A stretch of 64,000 nt of DNA from a virus, in the IMG/VR virus record IMGVR_UViG_3300044645_002754, positions 6,803-70,802 of that record. One strand, 5' to 3'. The notes beneath the pieces are model-generated. The model did no database searches and was not told the origin of the DNA. It saw only the letters and a list, made by a program, of their open reading frames with translations. Position numbers and translations under genes: made by a program. This document shows positions 45,073 to 54,484 of the stretch, piece by piece. Positions within the stretch are counted from its first letter, which is position 1. The number at the start of each line of letters is the position of its first letter.

Positions 45073-47883
45073 TCAGCCGGCCCTAAACCCAGCGTCGAGG
45101 TCGTCCCAGTCGACGACGGCCTCGGGCCTGGGCTCCTGTGCCCACACAGGCGGAGCCACCGGCTGACCACCGGATTCAGGGTGACTGATCACGGCCTCGG
45201 CCTCGGCACCGACGTCCTCCGAGCCAACTTCAGGGACGCCCTCGGGGCCCCTTATACCGAGTGTGGGCGTGTCATTTGCCCATTGCTCCTTGGAATCGCC
45301 CTCGGGGACTGGCGTTTGACCAATGGACAACCTGTCCTGTTCTGGATGTTGTCCATTGCTTTTCTGAACTGGTTGGCTCGGCTCAGAGCAATGGACACCG
45401 TACTCGGCAGAAACTGCTGTGTCCATTGCTTTTTCCTGTTCCTGCAATGGGTTTGAAGGACGAATCGACAAAAGTCCCCTCGTAGTAGGCAACGCACGCG
45501 CGCGTGAGGGAGGGAGTGTGTACGTCTGTACTGGTTTGTCGGCTCCATCCACAACCGTCTTCTTCCCGAGGACGAGGACGCCATCGTCAACCCATCGATC
45601 AAGCCAACGCTTCACGGTCCGACTCGCCGGAGCCCGGCGCCCCTGACCCCCCATCTCCTCGACCAGCGACTCCCACACCTCCTTCGCCGTCAGACGGTCC
45701 ACGAGAGCGTCACCGTCCTCACCCCGCGCCTTGAGGACTTGGTCCTTCACGATCCGCAGCGCCATGGTGTGGGGCTCCGGATCACCCTGGCCCTGGTCCT
45801 CCCGCCGCTCGGTCGGGGTGTAGTCCCACACCGAGTACGCGAAGTCGTGGTCCCGCTCCACCACCAGCAAGTCGCCCTGGCGCCCGAGCCTGGACTTCTT
45901 GATCTGGATCATCCGGCAGCTGGACGGAACCCGCCCCCGCTCGCGCAGCGCCTCACGCTCATCCTCCGAGAGCGTCCGCAGGTGCCACTGCTCATCCACC
46001 GCAGCGATCAGGTAGCGCGTGCCCCTGGCATCGCCATTGGCGTTGTCGTGGTGAATCCAGATGATCGATGTCGCCGGGAACCCTGAGTCGTCCGGATCGC
46101 CGTTCTTCTCCGCGTAGTAATAGAAGGGGCTGGCGAACGCCTTGTCCTTCTCCTCGACCTGCATCTTGGTGCTGCAGGAGCCGATCGAGTCGACGACCAC
46201 CAGCGCCGGCTTGTAGGCCCGGATCCACTCCGCAAACTCGTGCGTGTGGTTGATCTGGAAGCCGCGCTTCACGATGAACCACTTGTCGAGGGCGGGGTTG
46301 ATGCCGTTGTCCTCGCAGTCCCGCAGCAGCTTGGCCGGGTTCTGATCGTTCTGAATCCAGAGCACCGGGCCCTGCTTCACCGGCAGCTCAATGCCGCGGA
46401 TCCGCATCGTTTCGCCGCGCCCGACGACCTTGGCCAGGCCCATGCAGGCCGACGTTTTCCCGAGGCCGCCGGCCGCGTGCAGCATCACCTGGGTGGGCCG
46501 CATCAACAGGTTCGGCACCAGGAACTGCATCTGCTCCACGTCCTGCCACCACTCCTTCTTCTGGTTGTTGCGGCGGCTGTCCTCGTAGTACCGGTACTCA
46601 TCCATGGCAGCCAGGCACTGCTGGCCCGTCAGCCTCCGGCCGGTCTCAGCCGCCAAGCCCGCCATCCGCCCGAGCCTGATCGCCGGGTTGAGCTCCTCAT
46701 CGTGGATCTTGATCAGCGCCTCGTGAAACTGGCGCTCATCCATCACCAGCCGCGGGGCCTCCTTTGTGATTTGCGCCCGCGCATCCTCTGGGTAGTTGAA
46801 GCCGAGCTTGGTAGTGATCTCCGCGACGTACCGCTCCAGGTCCGGGCCCTGGGGCCGCTCGGCATACAGGTCATTGACCGTGACCTTGTGAACGAAGTCG
46901 AGAACGTCACCGCCAACCCCGCACGCCTTGCAATCCCAGCAGCCCGACTCTGCCGAGTACTGGAAGCTGGTCCCTGACTGCCCGCCATGCCATGGGCACC
47001 CGGACATCATCTGGGGCTTGTTGCCCCCGCGCTCCTTCCACCCGTACTTGTCGAACACCGGATGGTTGAACACCAGATCATCCAACCGAGGCCGCAGCAG
47101 CCGCTGCACCTCCTCCTTGAAGAACCAGCCACGGATCTGCCGTGACGGAATCGCCGTCTCCCCGAGCTCGGCATCCAATGCCTTCTGGTCGGCATCGCTC
47201 AGCCACTGCACCGGTTTGCGGTGGTCCCGCAGAACATCGAGCACCCAAGCCGGTGCCGGAGCGACCTTCGCCTCGTTGTAGTTCAGCCAGCGATACGGCT
47301 TACCTGTGTCGGGGTGGGGCGAGCCCGGCACCACGCTCTGGCACTGGTTGAAGCGCAGCACCACCTCCTCGTACTGGGGCGCTTCGCTCGCCTCGGCCTT
47401 CCCGGCCTGACGTTCGACATCGCTGTGTCCCAGGTGCCAACTGCCGTCAGCACGCAGGATCAGCGTCTTGACATGCCGAAGCTCAGGGACAATCGACTGA
47501 GGCACCCGGTACAGCAGCTGCCGCCGCCCCGGCTTCCCCGATGTCCACGACATCGTGCGCTCCTCACCGAGCGCGTCGTAGTCGTCGCCTGCGGCATCCT
47601 TGTACCGACCGTCCGCCTCCGGCCCATCAATATCCAGGGCAATCAGGCCCCCCGAGAACTCCCCGGTGACCACACCGAGGCCGGCGTAGGCCCTGTTCGT
47701 CTTATAGGCATCGATGCAAAGCTCCCGGGTCAGGGGCTTGGTGCTCCACTCCTTGACGAAAGTTGCTTTCCCTGCCACGGGGACAAAAGTCCACCACTCG
47801 GGGAAAACGCCCTCCCGCAGGAGATCGATGGCACGCTTCCCCTTGTCCGGGAACGCACCGCTTGCGGCTGGTACAGCTGTCAT
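45073..47883 (-). CDS. Prim-Pol primase + Zn finger + RecA/AAA helicase
   Basis: GVVTGEFSGGLIALDIDG, SVVPGSPHP, CPWH..CWDCKAC, Walker A AAGGLGKT, Walker B LVVVDS; ATG 47883. Confidence 0.9.
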   Translation of the reverse strand: MTAVPAASGAFPDKGKRAIDLLREGVFPEWWTFVPVAGKATFVKEWSTKPLTRELCIDAYKTNRAYAGLGVVTGEFSGGLIALDIDGPEADGRYKDAAGDDYDALGEERTMSWTSGKPGRRQLLYRVPQSIVPELRHVKTLILRADGSWHLGHSDVERQAGKAEASEAPQYEEVVLRFNQCQSVVPGSPHPDTGKPYRWLNYNEAKVAPAPAWVLDVLRDHRKPVQWLSDADQKALDAELGETAIPSRQIRGWFFKEEVQRLLRPRLDDLVFNHPVFDKYGWKERGGNKPQMMSGCPWHGGQSGTSFQYSAESGCWDCKACGVGGDVLDFVHKVTVNDLYAERPQGPDLERYVAEITTKLGFNYPEDARAQITKEAPRLVMDERQFHEALIKIHDEELNPAIRLGRMAGLAAETGRRLTGQQCLAAMDEYRYYEDSRRNNQKKEWWQDVEQMQFLVPNLLMRPTQVMLHAAGGLGKTSACMGLAKVVGRGETMRIRGIELPVKQGPVLWIQNDQNPAKLLRDCEDNGINPALDKWFIVKRGFQINHTHEFAEWIRAYKPALVVVDSIGSCSTKMQVEEKDKAFASPFYYYAEKNGDPDDSGFPATSIIWIHHDNANGDARGTRYLIAAVDEQWHLRTLSEDEREALRERGRVPSSCRMIQIKKSRLGRQGDLLVVERDHDFAYSVWDYTPTERREDQGQGDPEPHTMALRIVKDQVLKARGEDGDALVDRLTAKEVWESLVEEMGGQGRRAPASRTVKRWLDRWVDDGVLVLGKKTVVDGADKPVQTYTLPPSRARALPTTRGLLSIRPSNPLQEQEKAMDTAVSAEYGVHCSEPSQPVQKSNGQHPEQDRLSIGQTPVPEGDSKEQWANDTPTLGIRGPEGVPEVGSEDVGAEAEAVISHPESGGQPVAPPVWAQEPRPEAVVDWDDLDAGFRAG
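45277..45452. repeat. Iteron-like TGTCCATTGC repeats (candidate replication origin)
   Basis: Six exact or near copies in alternating orientation in an AT-richer patch. Confidence 0.55.
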
Positions 47884-47922
47884 GTAAGTTTTGGACGCTT
47901 GAGACTTGTCCTTCAGGACGCC

Positions 47923-47957
47923 AGAGCCCCCGCCCCTGACCAGGCCGGGGGCTTTTT
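47923..47957 (+). terminator. Terminator-like hairpin
   Basis: AGCCCCCG...CGGGGGCT-TTTT. Confidence 0.6.
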
Positions 47958-48131
47958 GCTGGTCGGCGCCCATCCAGGACAAGCCACCGTACCGGCGCAA
48001 CCTGAATCGGACAAGCTGCAAATCCTGCGGATTTTGTGGAAAGGATGCCGACTTCGGCCGCAACCTTTTAAGGTTGGGTTGAACCCTTAAAGCCTTCAGG
48101 CGCAGAACTGGTGCCCAACCACACCGTTTCA

Positions 48132-48845
48132 ATGGCTCAGCCTCGACTGGAACGGGAAGTCGATCCCCTCACCCAGTTCGAGGGAGGCGTCCAGACCTTC
48201 GCCCTGCTGTTCACCCGCTGGATGGACACCAACGGCTGGTCACACCCAACGATGGTGACCCTGGCCAAAGCTTGCCTCGGCGGAACCGGCTGGCTCCACA
48301 GCAGCCAGATCAGCGGCCTCCGCCACGGGCGCCTCCTCAGCCCCGGCCCCCGGACCTTCATCGCTGTCGAGCGGCTCAACTTCTATATCCACCGCTACGC
48401 CACCACGAAAAAACTGCTCCCGGGCACCCCGGGCAGCAACCTCTACGCCAAGGCGTTCGCCATCACCGAGAACGACAAACCGCCCGAGCTCGGCTGGTGG
48501 GTCGAAGTCTTCTGCGGCCAACGCATCCCCCAGGACATCGACCTCCGTCAGACCTTCTTCACTGACGACCAAGCCACCAAGATCTCCAGCAGCTGGGGCG
48601 GGATGATCCGGAAGCTGATGATCCAGAAGGACATGGACATCATCGTTGAACTGGACCGGGTGCTCCGCGAGAGCTACCCCGCCAAGGATGCTGAACGTCT
48701 AAGCCGCGTCGCCAGCGTCATCCAGAACCGTGAGACCTGGAGCGCCCAGGAACTGGTGAACGAGCTCCCCGCCATCAGCAACCTCACCGCGAGCCTGGGC
48801 GGCCCCAAAACCGAGAGCGACCTGCTCCGCGCCCTCAAAGACTGA
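48132..48845 (+). CDS. Hypothetical protein, possible repressor (HTH-like N-terminus)
   Basis: Divergent from the replication genes; WSHPTMVTLA..LHSSQISGLRHG. Confidence 0.55.
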   Translation: MAQPRLEREVDPLTQFEGGVQTFALLFTRWMDTNGWSHPTMVTLAKACLGGTGWLHSSQISGLRHGRLLSPGPRTFIAVERLNFYIHRYATTKKLLPGTPGSNLYAKAFAITENDKPPELGWWVEVFCGQRIPQDIDLRQTFFTDDQATKISSSWGGMIRKLMIQKDMDIIVELDRVLRESYPAKDAERLSRVASVIQNRETWSAQELVNELPAISNLTASLGGPKTESDLLRALKD

Positions 48846-48932
48846 ATCCGCGCACCGCGCCACCATCTGTGGTGTCAACGGCTCCTTGCACACCATATGG
48901 GGCGGCTAGATTGAGGGGACTGCTTCTAGTTC

Positions 48933-49400
48933 GTGGACGTCACCTCCTTATTCGCCCCGGCACACGCTTCCCGACCGCTGCAGGCGATCAACTGGGAGTA
49001 CAAACACCTTTTTGACATCGAATTCATCGGTGAATCGGACCAGGAGTTCGTCCGCCTCATCTATGAAGACGACGAAAGCGGGGAAATGCACACCCTGCTG
49101 TGTGGCCGCCAGCATTACCGCCATCTGGGCCCATACATCGCTGACTTCCGCGCCTGGAAATCAGACCCCTACGCCCACGAAAACACTGTCATCCCAATCG
49201 CTCTGAGCCCCTGCGGTCGCGCTGTGTTCAGCCTCGCCGGCGCTGAGCACGACCACCCAGAGCTGGCCAGGCGCAACGTCAACGTCAAACTCCACCCCGA
49301 GGCCGCTCACCAAATCCGGAAAGCGGCCAAAGCCCGCGGCATGACTGGGGCCGAGCTCGTACTGACAGCCCTCCTCAAATCTGCATCCAAATTCGGTTGA
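48933..49400 (+). CDS. Hypothetical protein with a C-terminal RHH-like segment
   Basis: VNVKLHPEAAHQIRKAAKARGMTGAELV. Confidence 0.6.
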   Translation: MDVTSLFAPAHASRPLQAINWEYKHLFDIEFIGESDQEFVRLIYEDDESGEMHTLLCGRQHYRHLGPYIADFRAWKSDPYAHENTVIPIALSPCGRAVFSLAGAEHDHPELARRNVNVKLHPEAAHQIRKAAKARGMTGAELVLTALLKSASKFG

Positions 49401-49438
49401 CATCACGGGCTTAGGCTGACTTCAGTCGACCCTTCCGA

Positions 49439-49633
49439 GTGAGCACCAAGCACCGTCTTTACGGCGAGCTCAAGCGCAAACGGCATCTGTATCTCACGGA
49501 CACCGCACACACTCATCTGGTCGACCTGGCACACAGCTCTGGCTCTTCCCCCTCCGAGGTCTGCGAGCAGATCATTCGGAACCACGCCACCGCCGCCGCC
49601 ATCCCAGTCACCTCGGCATCTGACGCCCCATGA
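49439..49633 (+). CDS. Ribbon-helix-helix protein
   Basis: RHLYLTDTAHTHLVDLA..SPSEVCEQIIR. Confidence 0.65.
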   Translation: MSTKHRLYGELKRKRHLYLTDTAHTHLVDLAHSSGSSPSEVCEQIIRNHATAAAIPVTSASDAP

Positions 49634-50169
49634 CATCCGCATTCCTTTCCCTCGACCTTGTCGAAGAGATCTCCAAGGAGTCTTCGAGCAACGGTCGCTA
49701 CCTGAACCCCGCCAAACTCACCGGCGAAAAGCGTCTCCGCTTCTTCGGTGAAGGCATCACGGGTTACAGCGCCTGGACCATCGACAAGAAACCAATCCGC
49801 TGGGAAGCCAAGCCCGCCGAACTCCCCCCGAACCTGGCTCCCGACCTGAGCGGCAAAGTCACGCTCAAGCGCTTCCTGGCCGGCGTGGTCTACGACTACG
49901 AGGCCGGTGACTTCAAGATCCTGGAGATCACCCAGCGCACCCTGATGGACCAACTGTTCAAGTTCATCAAGGACGAGGACTACGGCGACCCCACCGGCTA
50001 CGACATCAAGATCAACAAGACCGGTGAAGGCAAAGAGACCGAGTACTCCCTCGTCGCTGCCCCGCCGAAGTCCGTCACCAAGGACATGGCCACCGCTTTC
50101 GAGAACCTGACCTGCAACTTGAAAGCCTTGTTCGATGGCGACGACCCTTGGGCTGAAGCTGCTGCCTGA
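49630..50169 (+). CDS. ssDNA-binding protein-like
   Basis: VYDYEAGDFKILEITQ..YGDPTGYDIKINKTG..TEY; acidic/aromatic tail. Confidence 0.65.
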   Translation: MTSAFLSLDLVEEISKESSSNGRYLNPAKLTGEKRLRFFGEGITGYSAWTIDKKPIRWEAKPAELPPNLAPDLSGKVTLKRFLAGVVYDYEAGDFKILEITQRTLMDQLFKFIKDEDYGDPTGYDIKINKTGEGKETEYSLVAAPPKSVTKDMATAFENLTCNLKALFDGDDPWAEAAA

Positions 50170-50188
50170 GTTCACCAGTTCCTGAACG

Positions 50189-50212
50189 GGGCGGGCCGTA
50201 ACCCGCCCTTTT
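50189..50212 (+). terminator. Rho-independent terminator
   Basis: GGGCGGG-ccgtaa-CCCGCCC-TTTT. Confidence 0.8.
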
Positions 50213-50240
50213 CGATACTGTTGGCAAAACCTTTGTGCCC

Positions 50241-50495
50241 ATGTCCGCGAACCAGCCGCCTCTCCTGCACGTCTACGCACGAAATGTCGAGCACTGTGCG
50301 TTCAAGCGCGGTTGGTCGACGCCTCGACTGGCCACAGAACTCGGCGTCTCGCTGAACACGCTCAACCGCATCCGCTTCGGCCGCAGCCGCTACCTCGACC
50401 CCGAGGTCTTCACAGCGCTGCTGGAGCTGTTCGGTTGTGAACCCAACGACCTCCTGCTCCCCCAGCCCGGCATTGACTACGCCATCACTGACTGA
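50241..50495 (+). CDS. XRE/Cro-like HTH protein
   Basis: WSTPRLATELGVSLNTLNRI..LFGCEPNDLL. Confidence 0.8.
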   Translation: MSANQPPLLHVYARNVEHCAFKRGWSTPRLATELGVSLNTLNRIRFGRSRYLDPEVFTALLELFGCEPNDLLLPQPGIDYAITD

Positions 50496-51180
50496 ACGTC
50501 TCCGGGCTCTCCCCCGCTACGAGCCTGTCCGCTCCCACGAGGGCGACGAGCGTCTCTACGCCACCCCCGTCGGCTCCTGCCCCTCGGTCACCACGATCCT
50601 CTCCGGCTCCCGCGACAACTCCGGCCTCGAAGCCTGGCGCGAATCCGTCGGCCACGAGCGCGCTGACTTCATCAGTTCCCTGGCCTGCTTCCGGGGCAAC
50701 AACCACCACCTAGCAATCGAGCGGTACCTCACCGACGGCACCGAGCCCGGCTTCGACTTCCTCCAGACCCCCTACTGGAAGAGCACCAAGTCCTTCCTCA
50801 CCACCGTCGACGCACCGCTCCTCCTTGAGGGCGCGATCTGGCACCCCGACGGCTTCGCCGGCACGCTCGACTGCCTCGCCTACCTCGCCGAAGACGGTCT
50901 CCAACCGACATTGCTCGACTGGAAAACGGCTGACACCCCCCGCAAGCCCGACAAGATTTACGAGTACTCGCTGCAATGCGCCGCGTACACCGCCGCAGCG
51001 AACTACGTCTACGGCCACCTGGGCCTGCACATCACCCAGGCCAAGATCGTCATCGCCATCGCGGACTCCCCTCCGCAGATCGAGACCCTCGACGCCCGGG
51101 CCCTCGAACAGCTCTACAAACACTTCCTCGCCCGGCTGAAGCGCTTCACCTTCAGCCGAGCCCGGAGGTCAAAACGATGA
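50473..51180 (+). CDS. PD-(D/E)XK exonuclease
   Basis: PSVTTILS, FAGTLDC, LLDWKT and LQCAAY motifs. Confidence 0.85.
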   Translation: MTTPSLTERLRALPRYEPVRSHEGDERLYATPVGSCPSVTTILSGSRDNSGLEAWRESVGHERADFISSLACFRGNNHHLAIERYLTDGTEPGFDFLQTPYWKSTKSFLTTVDAPLLLEGAIWHPDGFAGTLDCLAYLAEDGLQPTLLDWKTADTPRKPDKIYEYSLQCAAYTAAANYVYGHLGLHITQAKIVIAIADSPPQIETLDARALEQLYKHFLARLKRFTFSRARRSKR

Positions 51181-51572
51181 AGCGCGAACAAAACAAGGTC
51201 GAGGAATACCTGAGTTCCGCCATCGCCGGCTCGCTCATCGGCCAAATCGCCAGCCGCCGCGAGCTCAGCTTCTACACGCTGCTGGGCCCCAGTTTTGACG
51301 GCGACTCCCCCGAACTCCGCGCCCTCAGCGACGAACTCACCGAGCTCGGCATCAACCCCGACCTCCTCGCCAACCACGCCCTCTCCAGCCTGGTCGCCCT
51401 CTTCGTCGAAGAGAGCAACGCCAACTTGATCGTCTGCCAATACACCTCGCTCCTCTGGTCAATCCTCGGCGACCCCAAAAACGGGGGCAAACCCCCCGAG
51501 ATCTACCGCAAAGCCGGCGTCGCAATGCACCTCGCCCTCCTCGGAATCCTCGACCCCTCCTTCCCCGAGTAA
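51177..51572 (+). CDS. Hypothetical protein
   Basis: ATGA-coupled; GGAGG RBS. Confidence 0.65.
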   Translation: MKREQNKVEEYLSSAIAGSLIGQIASRRELSFYTLLGPSFDGDSPELRALSDELTELGINPDLLANHALSSLVALFVEESNANLIVCQYTSLLWSILGDPKNGGKPPEIYRKAGVAMHLALLGILDPSFPE

Positions 51573-51579
51573 CCCAGTC

Positions 51580-52155
51580 ATGCGCACCCCACCCCGTCTG
51601 ATCGGCCTCTACAGCCCGGCCCCCCGCTCCGGCAAAACCACCATCGCCCGCTACCTGATCGACGCGGGCTACGAAACCATCTCCTTCGCCCACCCCATCA
51701 AGCGCATGGCCACGGTCCTGCTGATGGAACTCGGCCACGACCTCGACACCATCAACCGCCTCCTCGAGTACGGCAAAGGCGACACCATCCCCGGCATCAA
51801 AACCAACCTCCGCCACATCCTCCAAACCCTCGGCACGGAGTGGGGCCGCGACTGCATCCACCCCGAGCTCTGGCTGATGTGCTGGGAGCACGCCGCCACC
51901 CGCCAACTCAACAACGGCTTCAACGTCGTCTGCGACGACATCCGCTACCCCAACGAAGCCGCCCTGATCCGCCGTCTCGGCGGCGAAATCTGGTGCGTCA
52001 CCCGCCCCCACACCGAGCGCGGCACCAGCCACTCCTCCGAGGGCTCCCTCGACAACTACCCCCTCTTCGACCGCCGCATCCTCAACGACGGCACCTTGCT
52101 CAACCTCTACGAGCGCATCCAACAAATCCTGACCCCCCAATCCATCGCCGTCTAA
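51580..52155 (+). CDS. Deoxynucleoside monophosphate kinase
   Basis: RSGKTT, SFAHPIK, RHILQTLGTEWGR, DDIRYPNE and HSSE motifs. Confidence 0.9.
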   Translation: MRTPPRLIGLYSPAPRSGKTTIARYLIDAGYETISFAHPIKRMATVLLMELGHDLDTINRLLEYGKGDTIPGIKTNLRHILQTLGTEWGRDCIHPELWLMCWEHAATRQLNNGFNVVCDDIRYPNEAALIRRLGGEIWCVTRPHTERGTSHSSEGSLDNYPLFDRRILNDGTLLNLYERIQQILTPQSIAV

Positions 52156-52157
52156 CC

Positions 52158-52409
52158 ATGCCCCCCATCCCCACCAAATCCGTAACCCTGGCCCCCGAGC
52201 CCGGCGACATCCGCACCTACCCCTGGCGCTTCCAACTCGGCGAGCTCGTCTACATCAAAGGCTGGCCCCTCGACGAAGTCCTCACCGTCATCGGCGGCGA
52301 ACTCTGGCTCGGCTTCCCCCACCTCCGCCTGTACCACCGGGACGGCACCACCTGGCGTGTCCCCCAGCTGCACTGTTCCTCCAAACCGATCAGCTTCCGC
52401 AAGCCCTGA
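52158..52409 (+). CDS. Hypothetical protein
   Basis: ATG 52158; codon bias. Confidence 0.6.
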   Translation: MPPIPTKSVTLAPEPGDIRTYPWRFQLGELVYIKGWPLDEVLTVIGGELWLGFPHLRLYHRDGTTWRVPQLHCSSKPISFRKP

Positions 52410-52412
52410 CGC

Positions 52413-53036
52413 ATGCCCGCCGAGTTCGTCCACTGCACCCCCGACGCCGAGCGCCTCATTGTCAAGATGGCCCGCGTCAGCAACCCCGACAACGCCGACA
52501 ACTGGGACACCGGACCCAAGCTGCTGCGCTACCTCATCGCGCACCGCCACTGGTCCCCCTTCGAGATGGCCTCGCTCTGCCTCCGCCTCGAAACCGAGCG
52601 CGACATCGCGGCCCAACTCCTGCGCCACCGCAGCTTCTCCTTCCAGGAGTACTCAACCCGCTACGCCCGCACCACCCTGGCCGAGTGCCCGCCCCAGCGT
52701 CTCCAAGACACCACCAACCGTCAAAACAGCCTGGACACCATCCCCTTCGCGATGAAGTCCTACTGGGACCTTCGTCTCGGCCGCGTCATCGGTGACGCCT
52801 TCCTCCTCTACGAAGACATGCTCACCGAGGGCGTCGCCAAAGAAACCGCCCGCCGCATCCTGCCGCTCTGCACCCCCACCACGCTGTACATGCACGGCAC
52901 GCTGCGCAGCTGGATCCACTACATCGACGTCCGTTGCGACCCCGGCACCCAACTCGAACACCGCGAGCTCGCCACAGAGTGCAAAGCAATTTTTACTACC
53001 CAATTCCCCACCATCGCTGAAGCGGCTTGGCCATAG
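52413..53036 (+). CDS. thyX: FAD-dependent thymidylate synthase
   Basis: HWSPFE and QLLRHRSFSFQEYSTRY signature. Confidence 0.96.
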   Translation: MPAEFVHCTPDAERLIVKMARVSNPDNADNWDTGPKLLRYLIAHRHWSPFEMASLCLRLETERDIAAQLLRHRSFSFQEYSTRYARTTLAECPPQRLQDTTNRQNSLDTIPFAMKSYWDLRLGRVIGDAFLLYEDMLTEGVAKETARRILPLCTPTTLYMHGTLRSWIHYIDVRCDPGTQLEHRELATECKAIFTTQFPTIAEAAWP

Positions 53037-53045
53037 CACCAAGCT

Positions 53046-53167
53046 CTGGGCCTCCTTTTTAGGTGTAAGTCCCTGGTTTTGCGGCACCCTGCATCGCCTT
53101 GCAGCGCGGCGCACGGCCCCGCACAGCGGTGCGCCGCAAAGCACAGCTCCCCGCACCGAGTCGGGGA
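53046..53167 (+). ncRNA. Pentamer-repeat RNA candidate, unit 1
   Basis: Leader with AGGTGTAAGTCCC; 14 xGC-NN pentamers at 53080-53149; hairpin TCCCCG-CACCGAGT-CGGGGA. Confidence 0.75.
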
Positions 53168-53196
53168 CCCCAACCCCTACGAGGAACTCACCATCA

Positions 53197-53865
53197 ATGG
53201 CTTTTCTCCGCTATTCAGTAGAGCTAACAGGCACAGCACCTTTGCTCTGCTCTAACAATTGCACAATCGATCAACTCGGCACTCCAGCTGACATCCTTGG
53301 CTGGTACCACAAGATCCCGCAGAAGAAGCGAGAGCTCCGCGTAGAGCGTTCAATGCGCAACTTTCATTGGCTTTTCAGCGGCTACTGGAAACACGAAGGT
53401 GCGGTCCAGCACCCTTCAGAGACAGATGGCTGCGATGTTTTCGAGAACTACGCTGATCCGATTCTTCCCGCTCCCAACTTGCAGCGCTGTTTGCGTGATG
53501 CTGCAACGGCGTGGAAGCTTGGTAAAGACGTCTCACGCTCCACAATCGTGGAGAACGACTCCCCAATTACATACAACGGCCCGCGAGAAGCCCGCGCCAT
53601 GCTCAAAGATGGGCGTTTCTACAGTTGCCGCCCTAATGGCAGAGGGAACATGGCTATCCGCGTCATGTTCCCTGAATGGAGCGTCCGCTTCCGCGTGCTG
53701 ATTAACGACGAAATCATGGGAGAACGGGATTTTGTCAAGATTCTTGATCGCGCAGGAGTAGCTGAAGGCTTGGGAGCCTGGCGCCCTGGCAGCCCTAAGG
53801 GCGGGCGTTTCGGCCGCTTTTCTGTTACTGATTTCACCCCGCTCTCATTTGAGGAGGCCGAGTGA
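53197..53865 (+). CDS. Stand-alone Cas7/RAMP-like protein
   Basis: VELTGTAPLL (first strand), ILPAPNLQRCLRDAA (RAMP helix), FPEWSVRFRV, Gly-rich loop AGVAEGLGAWRP...GRFGRFSV; GAGG RBS. Confidence 0.8.
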   Translation: MAFLRYSVELTGTAPLLCSNNCTIDQLGTPADILGWYHKIPQKKRELRVERSMRNFHWLFSGYWKHEGAVQHPSETDGCDVFENYADPILPAPNLQRCLRDAATAWKLGKDVSRSTIVENDSPITYNGPREARAMLKDGRFYSCRPNGRGNMAIRVMFPEWSVRFRVLINDEIMGERDFVKILDRAGVAEGLGAWRPGSPKGGRFGRFSVTDFTPLSFEEAE

Positions 53866-54371
53866 TGGAAACTCATAACGCCACAATTGACTACATCAAC
53901 CTGCGCAAAGGAGACCGCATCGAGGCCGACGTCGTTTGGAACTTCTACGCTTTGCTCAAACCCGAGGTTTATCAGAACTGGATCGACGAGCACGGCAACG
54001 AAGATCTAGCCAAAGCGGCACACATGCCCCAAACTCTCGTCCGAGTTCGCGACTGGATCGACGCACGCCGTAACGCACTGGACCTTCCCCCTCTCGTTAT
54101 CAACACTAAAAACACCGGGCTCAATGTTCTCAACGACGAAGAGGCCAGTCGTTACCTCTCCGACCGTGCTTTCGCCGGTCTGCGCCAGCACGCCAAGAAC
54201 ACCGGCAGACTGATCGCAGCGGTTGACGAGACACAGCTCAGCTCTGCCGCGTTGCGTGAACACGAAAGCCGATTGCGTACACATAGCTTCGTTCTTGCTT
54301 CCACCCATGGGGCCCAGACGATGCTTCGCAAGCTGCGCCGGGAGGGCAGAGAGGCTCCCAAGCTGAAGTAA
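53865..54371 (+). CDS. Partner protein of the RAMP-like gene
   Basis: TGATG coupling; same atypical codon usage; 168 aa. Confidence 0.75.
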   Translation: METHNATIDYINLRKGDRIEADVVWNFYALLKPEVYQNWIDEHGNEDLAKAAHMPQTLVRVRDWIDARRNALDLPPLVINTKNTGLNVLNDEEASRYLSDRAFAGLRQHAKNTGRLIAAVDETQLSSAALREHESRLRTHSFVLASTHGAQTMLRKLRREGREAPKLK

Positions 54372-54372
54372 T

Positions 54373-54484
54373 CCCTGGGCTTCCTTCCGAGGTGTAAGTC
54401 CCAGGGCCGCCGCATTGCTCCGCGTCGCATCGCACCGCGCCACTTCGCCCCGCAAAGCCTAGGCCCCCACACCGAGTTGAGGGC
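54373..54484 (+). ncRNA. Pentamer-repeat RNA candidate, unit 2
   Basis: CCCTGGG...AGGTGTAAGTCCCAGGG hairpin; 10 pentamers at 54411-54460; hairpin GCCCcCA-CACCGAGT-TGaGGGC. Confidence 0.75.

Noticed and set aside
47884-48132. N-terminal 82-aa extension of the primase ORF
   Set aside because: Runs through a hairpin and the divergent regulatory region; ATG 47883 is more plausible
52970-53036. Gapped match of unit 1 or 2 to the thyX 3' end
   Set aside because: Best manual alignment was about 10 of 20 bases, not distinguishable from chance
53153-53164. GCACCGAGTCGG resembles the 3' hairpin of the SpCas9 tracrRNA
   Set aside because: Only 12 nt, paired differently here (CACCGAGT is the loop), with no Cas9 or anti-repeat; treated as coincidence
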